Source of the DNA: a virus
Virus record (IMG/VR): IMGVR_UViG_3300031673_000022
Location: 1 to 64,000 of that record
Strand: one strand, 5' to 3'
Length of the DNA: 64,000 nt
Shown: positions 28,322 to 38,311 of the stretch, one piece after another
Position numbering within the stretch: position 1 is the stretch's first letter
Layout: each line of letters starts with the position of its first letter
The notes under the pieces: generated by a model
Seen by the model: only the letters and a program-made list of their open reading frames with translations
What the model was told of the DNA's origin: nothing
Database searches by the model: none
Translations under genes and position numbers: made by a program

Positions 28322-29266
28322 GTGCCAGCACGCATCTACCGACCCGAGTATGATCAGTCACGATTCGACAACTCGACAGTCGGGGGCGATCACTATCGCC
28401 AAATCGCAGAGCGTGAACTCATCCCGCGCATCATCGAGCGTCAGAAGCAGGCACTGAACGTCGTCCCGGACTTCTTCCGCTTCTACCAGAGAGCCTATAC
28501 TGGCCGTCGCTGCTCCTGCTTCTCATCGATCGAGACTTCCCCTGCGGCCTCTTGTGGGGTGTGCTTCGGTACTGGCAACACGGGCGGCTACCAGTTGTAC
28601 GGCCATGTGACGGATGTCTTTGATGCGACGGCTCCGTCCACGGCTATCTCCGTCGTGCAGGACTTCGACCAGATCACGCGCCCCATCCAGTTCCGCCTCA
28701 CCCATAGCGCGGTACGCGGGTACATCGACTTCACGATGCCTGTGCGGGGCGGCATCAACCGTTGCACGCTGGCCAGCCTTCACGCGGTAGCTCCTCGCGG
28801 AACACGGGTACGTGCCGGGGTGAAGCTGTTCAGCGAGCCTGATTTCGTCGACCTCACCGTGGAGGCAGTGACCGCACGCTTGCAGGCCGCTCAGACCTCG
28901 GGCGGGCTACACCTACGGGTTACCCTGGAGCGGGATTCGATCTCGGCTGAGAGCCCGCGCTTCTCGTTCTTGCGCGTCCGTTACCAGACGCTTGACGACG
29001 ACACCGTACGTGGAGACATCCCGCGCAGCACCGAGGCCAACCGCTCGTCGGAGTTCGGTTGGTTCGAGGATGTGGCCACGCGATCGATGTACCTCGACTC
29101 TACGCTGCGTTCTGTGACGACGGAAGACCTCTTCCGTCAAGTGAATACAGGCAGGTTGTGGAAGTGCTTCTCGACCAACGCGAACGCGCCGGGCGGTCTT
29201 CTCACGTCATGGGATCTTGAAATCCGTCTCGTCCAAAACAGCGAGAAGTACGCGAGCATCCCATGA
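28322..29266 (+). CDS. Putative head-closure protein
   Basis: RRCSC..CGVCFGTG..GGY motif typical of large-phage head-completion proteins; divergent from the neck gene. Confidence 0.5.
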   Translation: MPARIYRPEYDQSRFDNSTVGGDHYRQIAERELIPRIIERQKQALNVVPDFFRFYQRAYTGRRCSCFSSIETSPAASCGVCFGTGNTGGYQLYGHVTDVFDATAPSTAISVVQDFDQITRPIQFRLTHSAVRGYIDFTMPVRGGINRCTLASLHAVAPRGTRVRAGVKLFSEPDFVDLTVEAVTARLQAAQTSGGLHLRVTLERDSISAESPRFSFLRVRYQTLDDDTVRGDIPRSTEANRSSEFGWFEDVATRSMYLDSTLRSVTTEDLFRQVNTGRLWKCFSTNANAPGGLLTSWDLEIRLVQNSEKYASIP

Positions 29267-30663
29267 CCCCCACGTCCCGACGCCAAGTAGCCCGTGCCCT
29301 TCGTGCGGCAGCCAACGCGCTTAGTGCGGGCATCGTGAAGCACCCGCCCGCTATGCACGCGGAGATCCTTGAGTGGGTTCACGCTGTCGCCGCCGCGAAC
29401 ATGGTAGAGGCAATCAAGACGAAGATTGCCGAGACAAAGAAGGCGAAGAAGGAAGCGGCAGAGCGCTACGACAAGGTGCGCGAAGCGATCGACGACATCA
29501 AGGCCAACCCGACAACGTGGTCAGCATACAAGGCGTTCGACGAAGCGATGTGGGCTTTCGGCGCGCGGAGCCGTCGCCCCGTCCGCGACTTCCAGAAGCT
29601 CACGCCAGAGAGGAAGAAGGCGCTTGAGAAGACGGTGTGGGCCGAGATAGAGGAGGCTGAGGATCGTCTCAAGGGCAGCCTCGGGATCTACGACGAGTGG
29701 GTGAATGAGTTTCATCAAGAGCTGAATGCGCTCCATACGTACCTACGCCACGGGGTTGGTCCCGTTGATGATGAGGAAACCAAATCCTTTCCCATCAACA
29801 CCGAAGGCTGGGACTATGGCACTAAGGAGTACGTCGAAAGGCTCAACGACCGCCTGGTTACTATCACGCAAGGAAATATCGAATCGTACAAGGAAGCACT
29901 CAAGCTCATTCCAGCGGACAAGAGGAGGCGCCTTGAGCACCATATCGCCTTTGCGGAAGAGGATCTCGCAGCCTTGATGAAGGGTGAGCGCGCCGACTGG
30001 AAGAACATCACCGTCACGCTCGCCCTGGAACCAATCCAGAGTGAAGCCGCCTCGTGGAGTAGCGGGCGAAAGAACCTGCGCATCGTCATCCCGCGCATGA
30101 GCCCAGACCAGTTGAAGCATCTCTCAAAGGCACTGCGTCACGAGCTTCAACACTTCTCGCAGGCGTGGCTATCGTTCATCGCGGGCTGGACAGCATACCA
30201 GCTAACCGAAGGCGGTGAACAAGCCCCGCCTCTGGGGGGCTTGCCGACGAAGCGCTCTCAAACGCCCGAGTTCCAGCAGGAGATGTCCCCCGGCCGCAGC
30301 AAAGCCGACGACCCCAAGACCAAAGCGCTACTCAAGAAGCTCCGCTCAGAGGGCGTCAACACCAAGCTCATCGACTTCCACGACCTCGACGACATCGAGT
30401 TCTACACCGAGTTGCTCGACGCCATCGAACGGTTCAACGACAGGTTGGCGCACAACCCGCTCGACGCCAAGAAGAAGCGGCTCGCCATCAAACTCTTCGT
30501 AGGCGAGGGCGTCAACAACCCGGAGTTCTATCGCAAGACAAGCGACGTGCTCAAGTACCCGTGGGGTGAACCCGACAAGTTCTTCGCGAAGCTGTCGAGG
30601 ACGAAGCGCTCTGCGCGCAAGCTCCGCGAGGCGCGGTCAGAGTTCGTCAAGGCTGTGCTGTAA
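29263..30663 (+). CDS. Tagged protein with zincin-like metallopeptidase motif
   Basis: N-terminal [18 protein letters not shown]; HELQH plus downstream acidic residues (DDIEF). Confidence 0.6.
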   Translation: MTPTSRRQVARALRAAANALSAGIVKHPPAMHAEILEWVHAVAAANMVEAIKTKIAETKKAKKEAAERYDKVREAIDDIKANPTTWSAYKAFDEAMWAFGARSRRPVRDFQKLTPERKKALEKTVWAEIEEAEDRLKGSLGIYDEWVNEFHQELNALHTYLRHGVGPVDDEETKSFPINTEGWDYGTKEYVERLNDRLVTITQGNIESYKEALKLIPADKRRRLEHHIAFAEEDLAALMKGERADWKNITVTLALEPIQSEAASWSSGRKNLRIVIPRMSPDQLKHLSKALRHELQHFSQAWLSFIAGWTAYQLTEGGEQAPPLGGLPTKRSQTPEFQQEMSPGRSKADDPKTKALLKKLRSEGVNTKLIDFHDLDDIEFYTELLDAIERFNDRLAHNPLDAKKKRLAIKLFVGEGVNNPEFYRKTSDVLKYPWGEPDKFFAKLSRTKRSARKLREARSEFVKAVL

Positions 30664-30665
30664 AC

Positions 30666-30923
30666 CTACCCCGGCGGCAGGCCCGTCTTCACGAAGCGGT
30701 GGACGGCGGAGTTAGGCACCTTGCTCAGCCAGTAGGACTTGGCGGACTCGTAGTTGTTGAAGTTGCGGTACGCCGTCATGGGCTTCTCTTGATGCCCGCG
30801 ACGGAACGCACAGACGTAGACCTTACGCGGTGACCACCAAGCGAACCCGAATGGCCCGACCAGCACCCTCCCGCGTTTCGGGTCGTTCACCCAAATCGTC
30901 GCTGTCTTCCGCCACTTCGACAT
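30666..30923 (-). CDS. Small basic hypothetical protein
   Basis: ORF converging on 30663. Confidence 0.45.
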   Translation of the reverse strand: MSKWRKTATIWVNDPKRGRVLVGPFGFAWWSPRKVYVCAFRRGHQEKPMTAYRNFNNYESAKSYWLSKVPNSAVHRFVKTGLPPG

Positions 30924-30946
30924 TCATGCTTACGGGTTCAGGCAGG

Positions 30947-32644
30947 CTAGCCCTGCTTCTTCAGATTCGCCTTTACGCACTTCTTCCCGTCAAAGTGGAA
31001 GCCATCGGGGCACCGACCTTGTTTCTTCCGGTAAGCGTCGGCCTTCATATTCTTGTCTTCCGCCTTGCGCTTCTCGCGGTCGTTGTGGATGTTCTCTTCA
31101 ACCTCGGTACGCTTCGGCTTCGGCTTCGGCGCGAAGTACCTCTCGGCGCTCTCTTCGGCTTCTTTCTCTCGGGCCTTGCGCTCCTTGCGCTCCTTGAACC
31201 AGTCAACAGCATCGTCGATGACGCCTGTTCCCAGCCCTGTCCCCTTTGGTGTGCCGGATCCGGGGCCTATGCGCGCCTGCAATGCGACCTCGATGTCTGC
31301 CTTCTTCTCTGAGTCATAGGTCTGCGGCCACAGCTCCCCCGTCTTGTTCGATACGACGCGCCACTTTCCATCACGTTTCACAACACAGCCACCGGAAGGG
31401 CACTTCCCTTCCTTCGCTAGGAGGACCTGGCCGGCAGCCTCGACGAGTGACCGCACGGCGTTCATGTCTACGGCTTCCCCGTACAGCACGTCAGCACGGG
31501 CGTCAGCGATCCAACCCCGCAGCAAGGAAGCGGGGCCGCGAACCGAACCAAGGACGGGGGAGAGGTTCCGCAGCGAGTGCTCGATGGCGCTTCGGTGGTA
31601 CACAAAGCCGGGCTCGCTCGCGAGAGACGGGTCCTTGAGCAGCTTCATAGAGTGCTCAAGTTCCTCCTTGATGAACTCAGCGGCCTCTCGCGAGACGGTG
31701 ATCCGATCGCTACCCCGTGCGAGCGCTTTCAGGACTTCCTTGGCGAGAGCGGGGGCACGGCGGCGGCGTCCTAGTACCGTGAGCTTTGTTTCAAGCTCCT
31801 CTTTTGCGAGTGGGGTGATGTCGAACGTGACCTCCGCTGCGGCTCTAACGTTTGCCACTATATCCTCGAATCCTGGGAAGTCGCCGCGAGGCAACTTCAC
31901 CCGTGTTTGGTCTGGCTGTGGGAGTTTCTTACCGCTCATCTTCTCAGCCCACGCGATGGCCTGAGCGATAGCTGCGGGACCCTTCGGGTCTTTAAGGACG
32001 GAGCGGATGCCCGCATCCTTCATCCATCCCTTCCCCTCCTGCCAACCACGCGAGGACTTCTTCGGGTAGCGGCGACCATAGGGGTCACTACCCCGATCTC
32101 CGCCTGAGGTCTGAGCCTTCGCGTTGTGGTACGGGATGGGGTGCATCGACGGCGGGAACTGGCTTGCCGTGGGGTCGATGATGGCCTTCGCGGACTTGGG
32201 GTCCTTGCCCCAGAACACGAAGAAGTGGCTACCCTCACCGAGAGCAGGCCACGTATCGCCCGAGAGTCTACCCGTGCGCCAGCCAAGCTGGACACCGCCA
32301 GCCAGGAACTTGAACATCGAGGCTGCGTTGTCGCACTGACCAGTGAGGGAGAGCCCTTCCTTTGAGGTTCCCTCTGGAGGAGGGAACTTCTCAAGGTACG
32401 TAAGGCTTCTTCCCCCCTTGTCTGGGTAAGTCGGAAGCGAACACCCCTTGACGTACTTTGCGACGAGCTTCAGGAGGGCTCTAAGCTCACGGGGAATTCT
32501 CGGCGTACTCGCGCTCACCTTGCCAGCGCGAGTACACCGTTGCCCACCAAGCCCCGCCCGATATTCATCCCAGAGGCACTCAACTTCGTCGAGTGACGGG
32601 AGACCGGGCGGGGTCAGTACGGGAGTAGTGCGTCGTCGTGCCAC
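30947..32644 (-). CDS. Multidomain hypothetical protein; probable internal start at 31465
   Basis: GQC...SHFFV..IIDPTASQF (papain/transglutaminase-like C-H-D pattern); internal SD plus ATG giving MNAVRSLVEAAGQVLLA. Confidence 0.5.
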   Translation of the reverse strand: MARRRTTPVLTPPGLPSLDEVECLWDEYRAGLGGQRCTRAGKVSASTPRIPRELRALLKLVAKYVKGCSLPTYPDKGGRSLTYLEKFPPPEGTSKEGLSLTGQCDNAASMFKFLAGGVQLGWRTGRLSGDTWPALGEGSHFFVFWGKDPKSAKAIIDPTASQFPPSMHPIPYHNAKAQTSGGDRGSDPYGRRYPKKSSRGWQEGKGWMKDAGIRSVLKDPKGPAAIAQAIAWAEKMSGKKLPQPDQTRVKLPRGDFPGFEDIVANVRAAAEVTFDITPLAKEELETKLTVLGRRRRAPALAKEVLKALARGSDRITVSREAAEFIKEELEHSMKLLKDPSLASEPGFVYHRSAIEHSLRNLSPVLGSVRGPASLLRGWIADARADVLYGEAVDMNAVRSLVEAAGQVLLAKEGKCPSGGCVVKRDGKWRVVSNKTGELWPQTYDSEKKADIEVALQARIGPGSGTPKGTGLGTGVIDDAVDWFKERKERKAREKEAEESAERYFAPKPKPKRTEVEENIHNDREKRKAEDKNMKADAYRKKQGRCPDGFHFDGKKCVKANLKKQG

Positions 32645-32703
32645 TACCCAGTATGCCGTTATCTAACACTTCTCGCGGGTTAGCTGCGGGCTCCTACCTA
32701 GAC

Positions 32704-33483
32704 TCAGGCTTCTTCCTGCTCCTTCGCAGCCGCCGCGTTGGCTCGCGCGTTATCGGCCTTCATCTGGTAGGCGATGCGATCACGCGCCCACACCTGAGCG
32801 TCATGCGGCCAGAAGGAGCCGGAGGCTACACCCTGGAGGTCCGCGACCGTGAGGTCCGCGAGCATGAGCGAAAGCTCACCAACCACCGCTGTGGAAGGAG
32901 TCGATCCGCTCTTGACGCGAGCTTCCAGCGCCGTGAGGCGGGTGCTGCGGTTGGACTCCAACTTCGGGTCAGCGCGCTGACCGTCTGCGTTCATGAGGTT
33001 GAGAGCCTCCGCGAGCTTCGGGTCCATGGCGGCGATGATGTTCTTCATGCCTGCGCTGCTCGCCTTCTGGCGCTCCGCCTTGTCACTCGCTGAGGCTTCC
33101 TTGTTCTTGCGCTTCTCGTCGGAGCGCGCGACGTAGGTGTTGTTCGCCTCGTTGTACGCGGCGCGGAACGACGCTTCCTGCGCCGGGTCGCCACGCTCGA
33201 TGAGGGCTTCCTCCTCGGAGACGACCTCGATCGTTCCATTGTTCAGCAGGCGACGGAACGACTCGGACTGCCGAAGGGCATCGGGGTCGATGTGGTCGCA
33301 GATGTTGAAGGCAATCGCCGTCCGGGGGATGTTGAACGAGCGTCCACCTTCCGCCGTCGGGAAGTTGAGGACCGTCATCATCTGAGCACCAGTCTCACGG
33401 TGCCGCGACTTGTTGCGGATGTAGAGGGGCTTGCGCTCCTGGAGGGTCTTGTCGATCTCGAAGAAGGAAGAATAGACGGTCAT
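32704..33483 (-). CDS. Hypothetical protein
   Basis: GGAG SD and strong GC3 codon bias. Confidence 0.65.
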   Translation of the reverse strand: MTVYSSFFEIDKTLQERKPLYIRNKSRHRETGAQMMTVLNFPTAEGGRSFNIPRTAIAFNICDHIDPDALRQSESFRRLLNNGTIEVVSEEEALIERGDPAQEASFRAAYNEANNTYVARSDEKRKNKEASASDKAERQKASSAGMKNIIAAMDPKLAEALNLMNADGQRADPKLESNRSTRLTALEARVKSGSTPSTAVVGELSLMLADLTVADLQGVASGSFWPHDAQVWARDRIAYQMKADNARANAAAAKEQEEA

Positions 33484-33546
33484 GGAATACTCCGGGCGTT
33501 GGTGTCTGGGTCAGAGTTCATCTACCACTAGCACACCCCAAACGAC

Positions 33547-33582
33547 TAGGGCCTTCTCCGACGACAATCGGAGAAGGCCCTA
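33547..33582. terminator. 15-bp perfect inverted repeat, probable terminator
   Basis: TAGGGCCTTCTCCGA-cgacaa-TCGGAGAAGGCCCTA just downstream of the 33615 stop; weak U tract. Confidence 0.6.
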
Positions 33583-33614
33583 CTTCTAGGCAAGCACGAC
33601 CGCCGGATCACATA

Positions 33615-36600
33615 CTAAGCGCTACGCTCAGTACGGCTGTCCAGCACCTCGCACACCAAAGGTGAAATCTGCGCGGTCTGTCCGCCAGACTTGTCTGCTA
33701 GGTACCCAAACTTTGCCATCCCACGAAGGGCGCGCACAGCAAGCCACCCGGGGACAACGGTCGCGGGGACGTCGTTTGAGGCGAGCAGCAGCGCGGTGCG
33801 CAGGTCTCGATCTCGAAAGACGATGCGGGCCAGGACGTGTCGTTGTCGAACTCCTGCTTGAACGGTGTTCGGCTTGTCGAGCATCTGGTTGATGGCGCGG
33901 GCGATCTCACTTCTCGTCAACGACGCGATGACAGGTTCTAGGTCAACCGCGCCCTCGACCGCCCGCGTAAACTCAAAGCCAGCTAGGCGCTTCTTGCATA
34001 CCTCGTAGACGTGCCATGCCTTCTCGCCGTGGTAGTTGGCGAGTTCTTCGAGCTTCTTCAAGCCCTTCCGCACAGTCTCCTCCGGAAATCCGATACCGAA
34101 GGCCGCTTCCAACAGCGCTGCTCTCTTGTATGGGCAGAGATGAATGAGACCGACCGTGCGACGAGTTCCGCCAGATAGAAACGCGGAAGACTCCAACAGA
34201 GGAGCGTCTGGTCCCTCGATCAGAAAGCTGTACGCCTGAGCCGTACGAAGTAGAGGAGCCACCTTGCTTGGACCGAAGTGGTTGTCGTGGTCATTGATGG
34301 GAATCGGACGAGAAGGCGCACCGGAACCGGAAATCCTACCGGTGCGTCCGGTATTCCGTCCCTTGCTGCGGCTCTCGGCAATGTTCGTGACCACTGTCTT
34401 GCCTCTCCTCGTCTTTCCAAGGTTGCTTGGATCGAGGTCTCTATGCTTGACATTGTTCTGCTTCAAGAAGCTGAGGATGGACTTTGCCCAGCGCACCTTA
34501 CGCTCTAGTCCTGGGTCTCTCCATACTGACTGCCTCGCTTTCATCAGGTGGTCACCACGCTCCTTCTTTGCGAAGGGGATCGCCTGGTCAGGTCGTCGAC
34601 GCCGCACTTCCGACGGGTCATAGACGCTCGGCTCGTCAACCGCAGCGACGTACTCAAGGAACTCCTGCACGTCCTCAGGATCAGCCGGACGTAGACCACC
34701 ATATTGCATAGCCCGCCAGCGGAAGAAGGTGTCTACAAACAACAGCCAGTCTTGCTCAGGAGGCCAGCGAAGGGTGTCGTGATGGATGGCCCACATGGGC
34801 TTCTTCCCACGAAGTCGAACCTCGAACACGTCATGGACAACAGGCATAGCGGGGTGCCGCTTGCTCTTCATGCGGTTCCACGCCTTACCCTCCATCTTGT
34901 CGGGGGTGAGCGTGATCGAGCCGGCTTGTTTTGGTAGCTCCCACGTCGTCAACGGACGGTGATGGTAGCGGCGGCGCCCTCCGATGACGGGTGCCCGTTG
35001 GCGAACACCCCTCTCAGGATCGATTCCAAGACGTTTGGCGATACGCTTCCACATCTTCGGGTGCTCGACGAACTCGTCCGGCTGGTCGAGATTGCCGTGC
35101 TTGATGTGCTTCCAGGCGTCGTGGGGGACTTTGAACGCAGATGACACTCGTACACCATGTTGGGCAACCGCGTTGCCGATCTCTCGTAACATGCGCTTCT
35201 TGTTCTTTGGAGTCAGGTGGTCCTTGACACGCAGCCAAGTACCGCTCTTCTTCAGGGCCTGTGAGAACGAGAGCCCGCTATCGATGACGCCCAACACCTC
35301 GTCGACGGCCTGCTGAATGAAGGCGCGCAACTCGACGGGCAGGTTGTGGTACCCCTTCTGGCCCAACCCTGTCGTCTCACGCACGTCGTCAGCCAGCTTG
35401 AGTGGGTTGAGCATTAGCTCAGTACCGTGTGTCACCTCGTGGATGAGGACGGAGTAAATCTCCTTCTCCAGTTGGTCTTCCTGATCGTGAAGCTCGGCAC
35501 ACGTCAGCTTCCCGAACAGCGAGATCACGATCTGAGTGTCCTCGGGCAATGAGTCGCCCCATTCGTCGGTGGCTTGCCGCCAAGCGGCTTGTTGCACAAA
35601 CTTGCGGTGTCCTGACTTGAAGGATAGCTTGTTCTTCGCCGTCACCACCACGGGAATCTTGTAGTTGACGTCGACGAAGCCCTTGCCATGCTTCAACGCC
35701 TTGGCGAGGGCGACGAAGCCAGCAGTGAATTTCATGCCAGGACCACCGGGATACCCGGAGTAGGTCGACAACGGGCGATACTTCCACGCCGTCTTTTTGT
35801 GGTCACCAACGGCTATCTCGCACCCCTTGAGCACGGCCTGCGCGACCTGCTTAGCGACGGCCTTCAGGTGCGTTTTGTCGATGGGGATGATTCCCGCCGT
35901 CACTGCGAAGGCGCCCTGGACAGGAGCAGATTCTAGTTGCTCTCTGTGCATCTTGATAGCGTCCACACGCTCCTTCTGTACACGCCTGCGTTCATCATCT
36001 TGCCACCGTCGATCGTCGTCGATCCGCTTACCGAGGGCATCCTGTGGATCGCTCTTCTCCCACCCACGAAAGTCCTTCATGTACTGCGGGCTCCACCAGA
36101 CCTGATCGTTCTCTAGGACGGCCTCTGAGCCTGGGAGTACAGCATCCACTGTCCACTCGTCGCTGTCCGGGGAATCGGGATGGTCATCCCCGAGATCGGG
36201 CGTGAACTTGATCTTGGCCGGGCGGTAAGTGCTCCGCTTAGCGAAGTCCTGTGCCTGCTTCTCATTCCCGAACGTCTTGACCACGCGCATAGGAACAAAT
36301 GCCCTGTCCTGCTTCTGGTAGCGGGGGTCGTTACGCACAAGGAATTCAATGTAGTTGTCGTTCTCCCGTGAGAAAAACACCGCGATGATGTCGTCAATAT
36401 TCACGTCCGCCCCGAGAACGTGGCGCCACTCGTCGTTGCTTGAGGCACCGAAATGCGCGGCGATCGTCGGGTCAGATGACCATTGGAGAAACTTGCGTGA
36501 GAGCTTGGGCGCATTGACGGGCTGCCCTCGGTACAGACGAACCTTCTGCCCTTTCTTACGCAAGCGCTCTCGAAGGGGCACGAACGCCTCGTATAGCTCC

Positions 36601-36785
36601 TCTGCGTACCGCTCAAGGGGAGGTACCTTCCCTATAAAGACACCATGTAGGAAGCTCTTGACATCTTGACGAATGGTAGCTGGGAGGCCGTCAAGGATCT
36701 GCTTGGCCAGGGGACGGAGGCTCCCGTACCGCTGCGCTGTTGCAGACACGCTCTCTACGTTGGATCGTCTCACTGCCATGCCCAT
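33615..36785 (-). CDS. Polyvalent protein: R-S-E type ART-like, zincin and kinase-like domains
   Basis: LYRGQ..QWSSD..YIEF; LIHEVTH..VELRAF; KHRDLDPSNLG. Confidence 0.6.
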   Translation of the reverse strand: MGMAVRRSNVESVSATAQRYGSLRPLAKQILDGLPATIRQDVKSFLHGVFIGKVPPLERYAEELYEAFVPLRERLRKKGQKVRLYRGQPVNAPKLSRKFLQWSSDPTIAAHFGASSNDEWRHVLGADVNIDDIIAVFFSRENDNYIEFLVRNDPRYQKQDRAFVPMRVVKTFGNEKQAQDFAKRSTYRPAKIKFTPDLGDDHPDSPDSDEWTVDAVLPGSEAVLENDQVWWSPQYMKDFRGWEKSDPQDALGKRIDDDRRWQDDERRRVQKERVDAIKMHREQLESAPVQGAFAVTAGIIPIDKTHLKAVAKQVAQAVLKGCEIAVGDHKKTAWKYRPLSTYSGYPGGPGMKFTAGFVALAKALKHGKGFVDVNYKIPVVVTAKNKLSFKSGHRKFVQQAAWRQATDEWGDSLPEDTQIVISLFGKLTCAELHDQEDQLEKEIYSVLIHEVTHGTELMLNPLKLADDVRETTGLGQKGYHNLPVELRAFIQQAVDEVLGVIDSGLSFSQALKKSGTWLRVKDHLTPKNKKRMLREIGNAVAQHGVRVSSAFKVPHDAWKHIKHGNLDQPDEFVEHPKMWKRIAKRLGIDPERGVRQRAPVIGGRRRYHHRPLTTWELPKQAGSITLTPDKMEGKAWNRMKSKRHPAMPVVHDVFEVRLRGKKPMWAIHHDTLRWPPEQDWLLFVDTFFRWRAMQYGGLRPADPEDVQEFLEYVAAVDEPSVYDPSEVRRRRPDQAIPFAKKERGDHLMKARQSVWRDPGLERKVRWAKSILSFLKQNNVKHRDLDPSNLGKTRRGKTVVTNIAESRSKGRNTGRTGRISGSGAPSRPIPINDHDNHFGPSKVAPLLRTAQAYSFLIEGPDAPLLESSAFLSGGTRRTVGLIHLCPYKRAALLEAAFGIGFPEETVRKGLKKLEELANYHGEKAWHVYEVCKKRLAGFEFTRAVEGAVDLEPVIASLTRSEIARAINQMLDKPNTVQAGVRQRHVLARIVFRDRDLRTALLLASNDVPATVVPGWLAVRALRGMAKFGYLADKSGGQTAQISPLVCEVLDSRTERSA

Positions 36786-36840
36786 AGAGTGTCACGCGCG
36801 CCGTCGATGAGAACCGCATCCTGAGTCTAGGAGGTCTTCC

Positions 36841-37317
36841 ATGCCCATCTCGAAGCGTAAACCTGCCCGTAAGCGGCTCAATCGTGCCGCGACTGCTGCT
36901 GCGCTTCGTGCGGCTGCCGACAAGATCGAAGCTACAGGCGTGGTTTCTGCCAAGTACACCATCCCCCAGGTGAACAAGGCGCAGGAAAAAGTCCTCGACC
37001 TGATCGACGGGATCGGCGTAGACCCCAGCCGCGTCAAGGTCGCCGTGGTGGGAGAGGATGGGGCCGACCCAATTCTCTCGGTCACCTCGCGACGAGACAT
37101 CCTGGCCAAGATCAAGGAAGTCCTTTCCAAAGCATTCCCCATCGTGTCCAGCGACCATGGTGAGGTGAGCGTCCGCGTTCGGCAGGTGCTCGCCGCAAGC
37201 GTTCGTGCAGAAATGGTCGACGACTACGAGGACGAGGACGAGTTCGACGACGCGGACGAGTTCGACCTCGACGAAGACGATGAGGCGAGCCTGCTTCTCG
37301 ACTACGAGCCCAGTTGA
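36841..37317 (+). CDS. Tagged protein with acidic tail
   Basis: NRAATAAALRAAADKIEA motif; AGGAGG SD; D/E-rich C-terminus. Confidence 0.65.
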   Translation: MPISKRKPARKRLNRAATAAALRAAADKIEATGVVSAKYTIPQVNKAQEKVLDLIDGIGVDPSRVKVAVVGEDGADPILSVTSRRDILAKIKEVLSKAFPIVSSDHGEVSVRVRQVLAASVRAEMVDDYEDEDEFDDADEFDLDEDDEASLLLDYEPS

Positions 37318-37355
37318 GGGAACCACTAACGCGAGTCTCGCGTTTGGGGTAGGGG

Positions 37356-37907
37356 ATGACGGACGTAGAGTGCTTCTGGTTGGAGCCTATCGATCAGGTG
37401 CGCGTTTCGCTGCGTAGGTATGGTCGAAACAGTCGTTGTGCTGCGGGCAAGTCGTACTGCAATGCCGAAGCTCCTCTAACCACGGTCAGTGCCGAAGACG
37501 CCAACCCCACTGGAGACCTCTGGCCTCACGAGGATCCTAGGTGGCCCACGCGCTGCGCCTCGTGCGGCCACCCCTTCAAAGACCACGACCACTGGCAGCT
37601 ACGCCACGCTCGGCTCTACGGGTCAGAGGGATACACCATGACGCTCCATGAGGCGCCCCCAGGCGCGATGTGGAGCGCTGACTGGTACGAGGGAGGCAGA
37701 ACCCCGGGACCCGATGGAAGATGGCTTGTGGTCCGTCTCCCGAGCGGACAGGACTGGTTCATCGATGGGAACGCGAGCGGGCACCCCGAGCACGTCGCCT
37801 CTTGGACCAGAACAGGGGAGGTTCCCTACGTAACCGTCACGCCTTCGGTGAAGACCGGTGAGTGGCATGGCTGGCTCGTGAACGGGGTGTTCAAGAAGTC
37901 GGGCTGA
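37356..37907 (+). CDS. Cys/Trp-rich hypothetical protein (DUF6527-like C-terminus)
   Basis: PGAMW, WTRTGE..TVTPS and WHGWLVNG motifs. Confidence 0.5.
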   Translation: MTDVECFWLEPIDQVRVSLRRYGRNSRCAAGKSYCNAEAPLTTVSAEDANPTGDLWPHEDPRWPTRCASCGHPFKDHDHWQLRHARLYGSEGYTMTLHEAPPGAMWSADWYEGGRTPGPDGRWLVVRLPSGQDWFIDGNASGHPEHVASWTRTGEVPYVTVTPSVKTGEWHGWLVNGVFKKSG

Positions 37908-38307
37908 GCTTGTCGCGGCCTATGATCTTGATTTGCTTTGGGTCGAACACGAAGCCGGTGAAAGTACCGTCTCGTTCACGTAGCAAGGCCCCGTCGAAGC
38001 CATCCCGACGAAGCTCACCAAGCCCAAGCTGGTTGTACTCGTCCCACCCAGCAGGGTTTCGCAGGTCGACCTTCAACGTAAGGATCTGCCCGCTGCCTTG
38101 CGCCCCCGCATCACCAGACTCGATGGATGCTCGGTCGGAGGTGAACCAGATGATCCCCATCGTCGACTTAGCCAGGCTGAACCTGCTGAACGTGGCTCCA
38201 GTTCCATGAAAGACGGGCTTGGTAACCACTGATCCAGAGGCCGTGAGAAGACACGACGCCGCCGCCCTGAGTGCTAGAGCGACCTGGTCCTTGGTTACTT
38301 GATCCAT
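37891..38307 (-). CDS. Tagged ART-PolyVal-like ADP-ribosyltransferase
   Basis: MDQVTKDQVALALRAAA tag, then VFHGT..FS..F..GIIWFTSD..GFDG..VFDPKQIK. Confidence 0.65.
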   Translation of the reverse strand: MDQVTKDQVALALRAAASCLLTASGSVVTKPVFHGTGATFSRFSLAKSTMGIIWFTSDRASIESGDAGAQGSGQILTLKVDLRNPAGWDEYNQLGLGELRRDGFDGALLRERDGTFTGFVFDPKQIKIIGRDKLSPTS

Positions 38308-38311
38308 ATCG

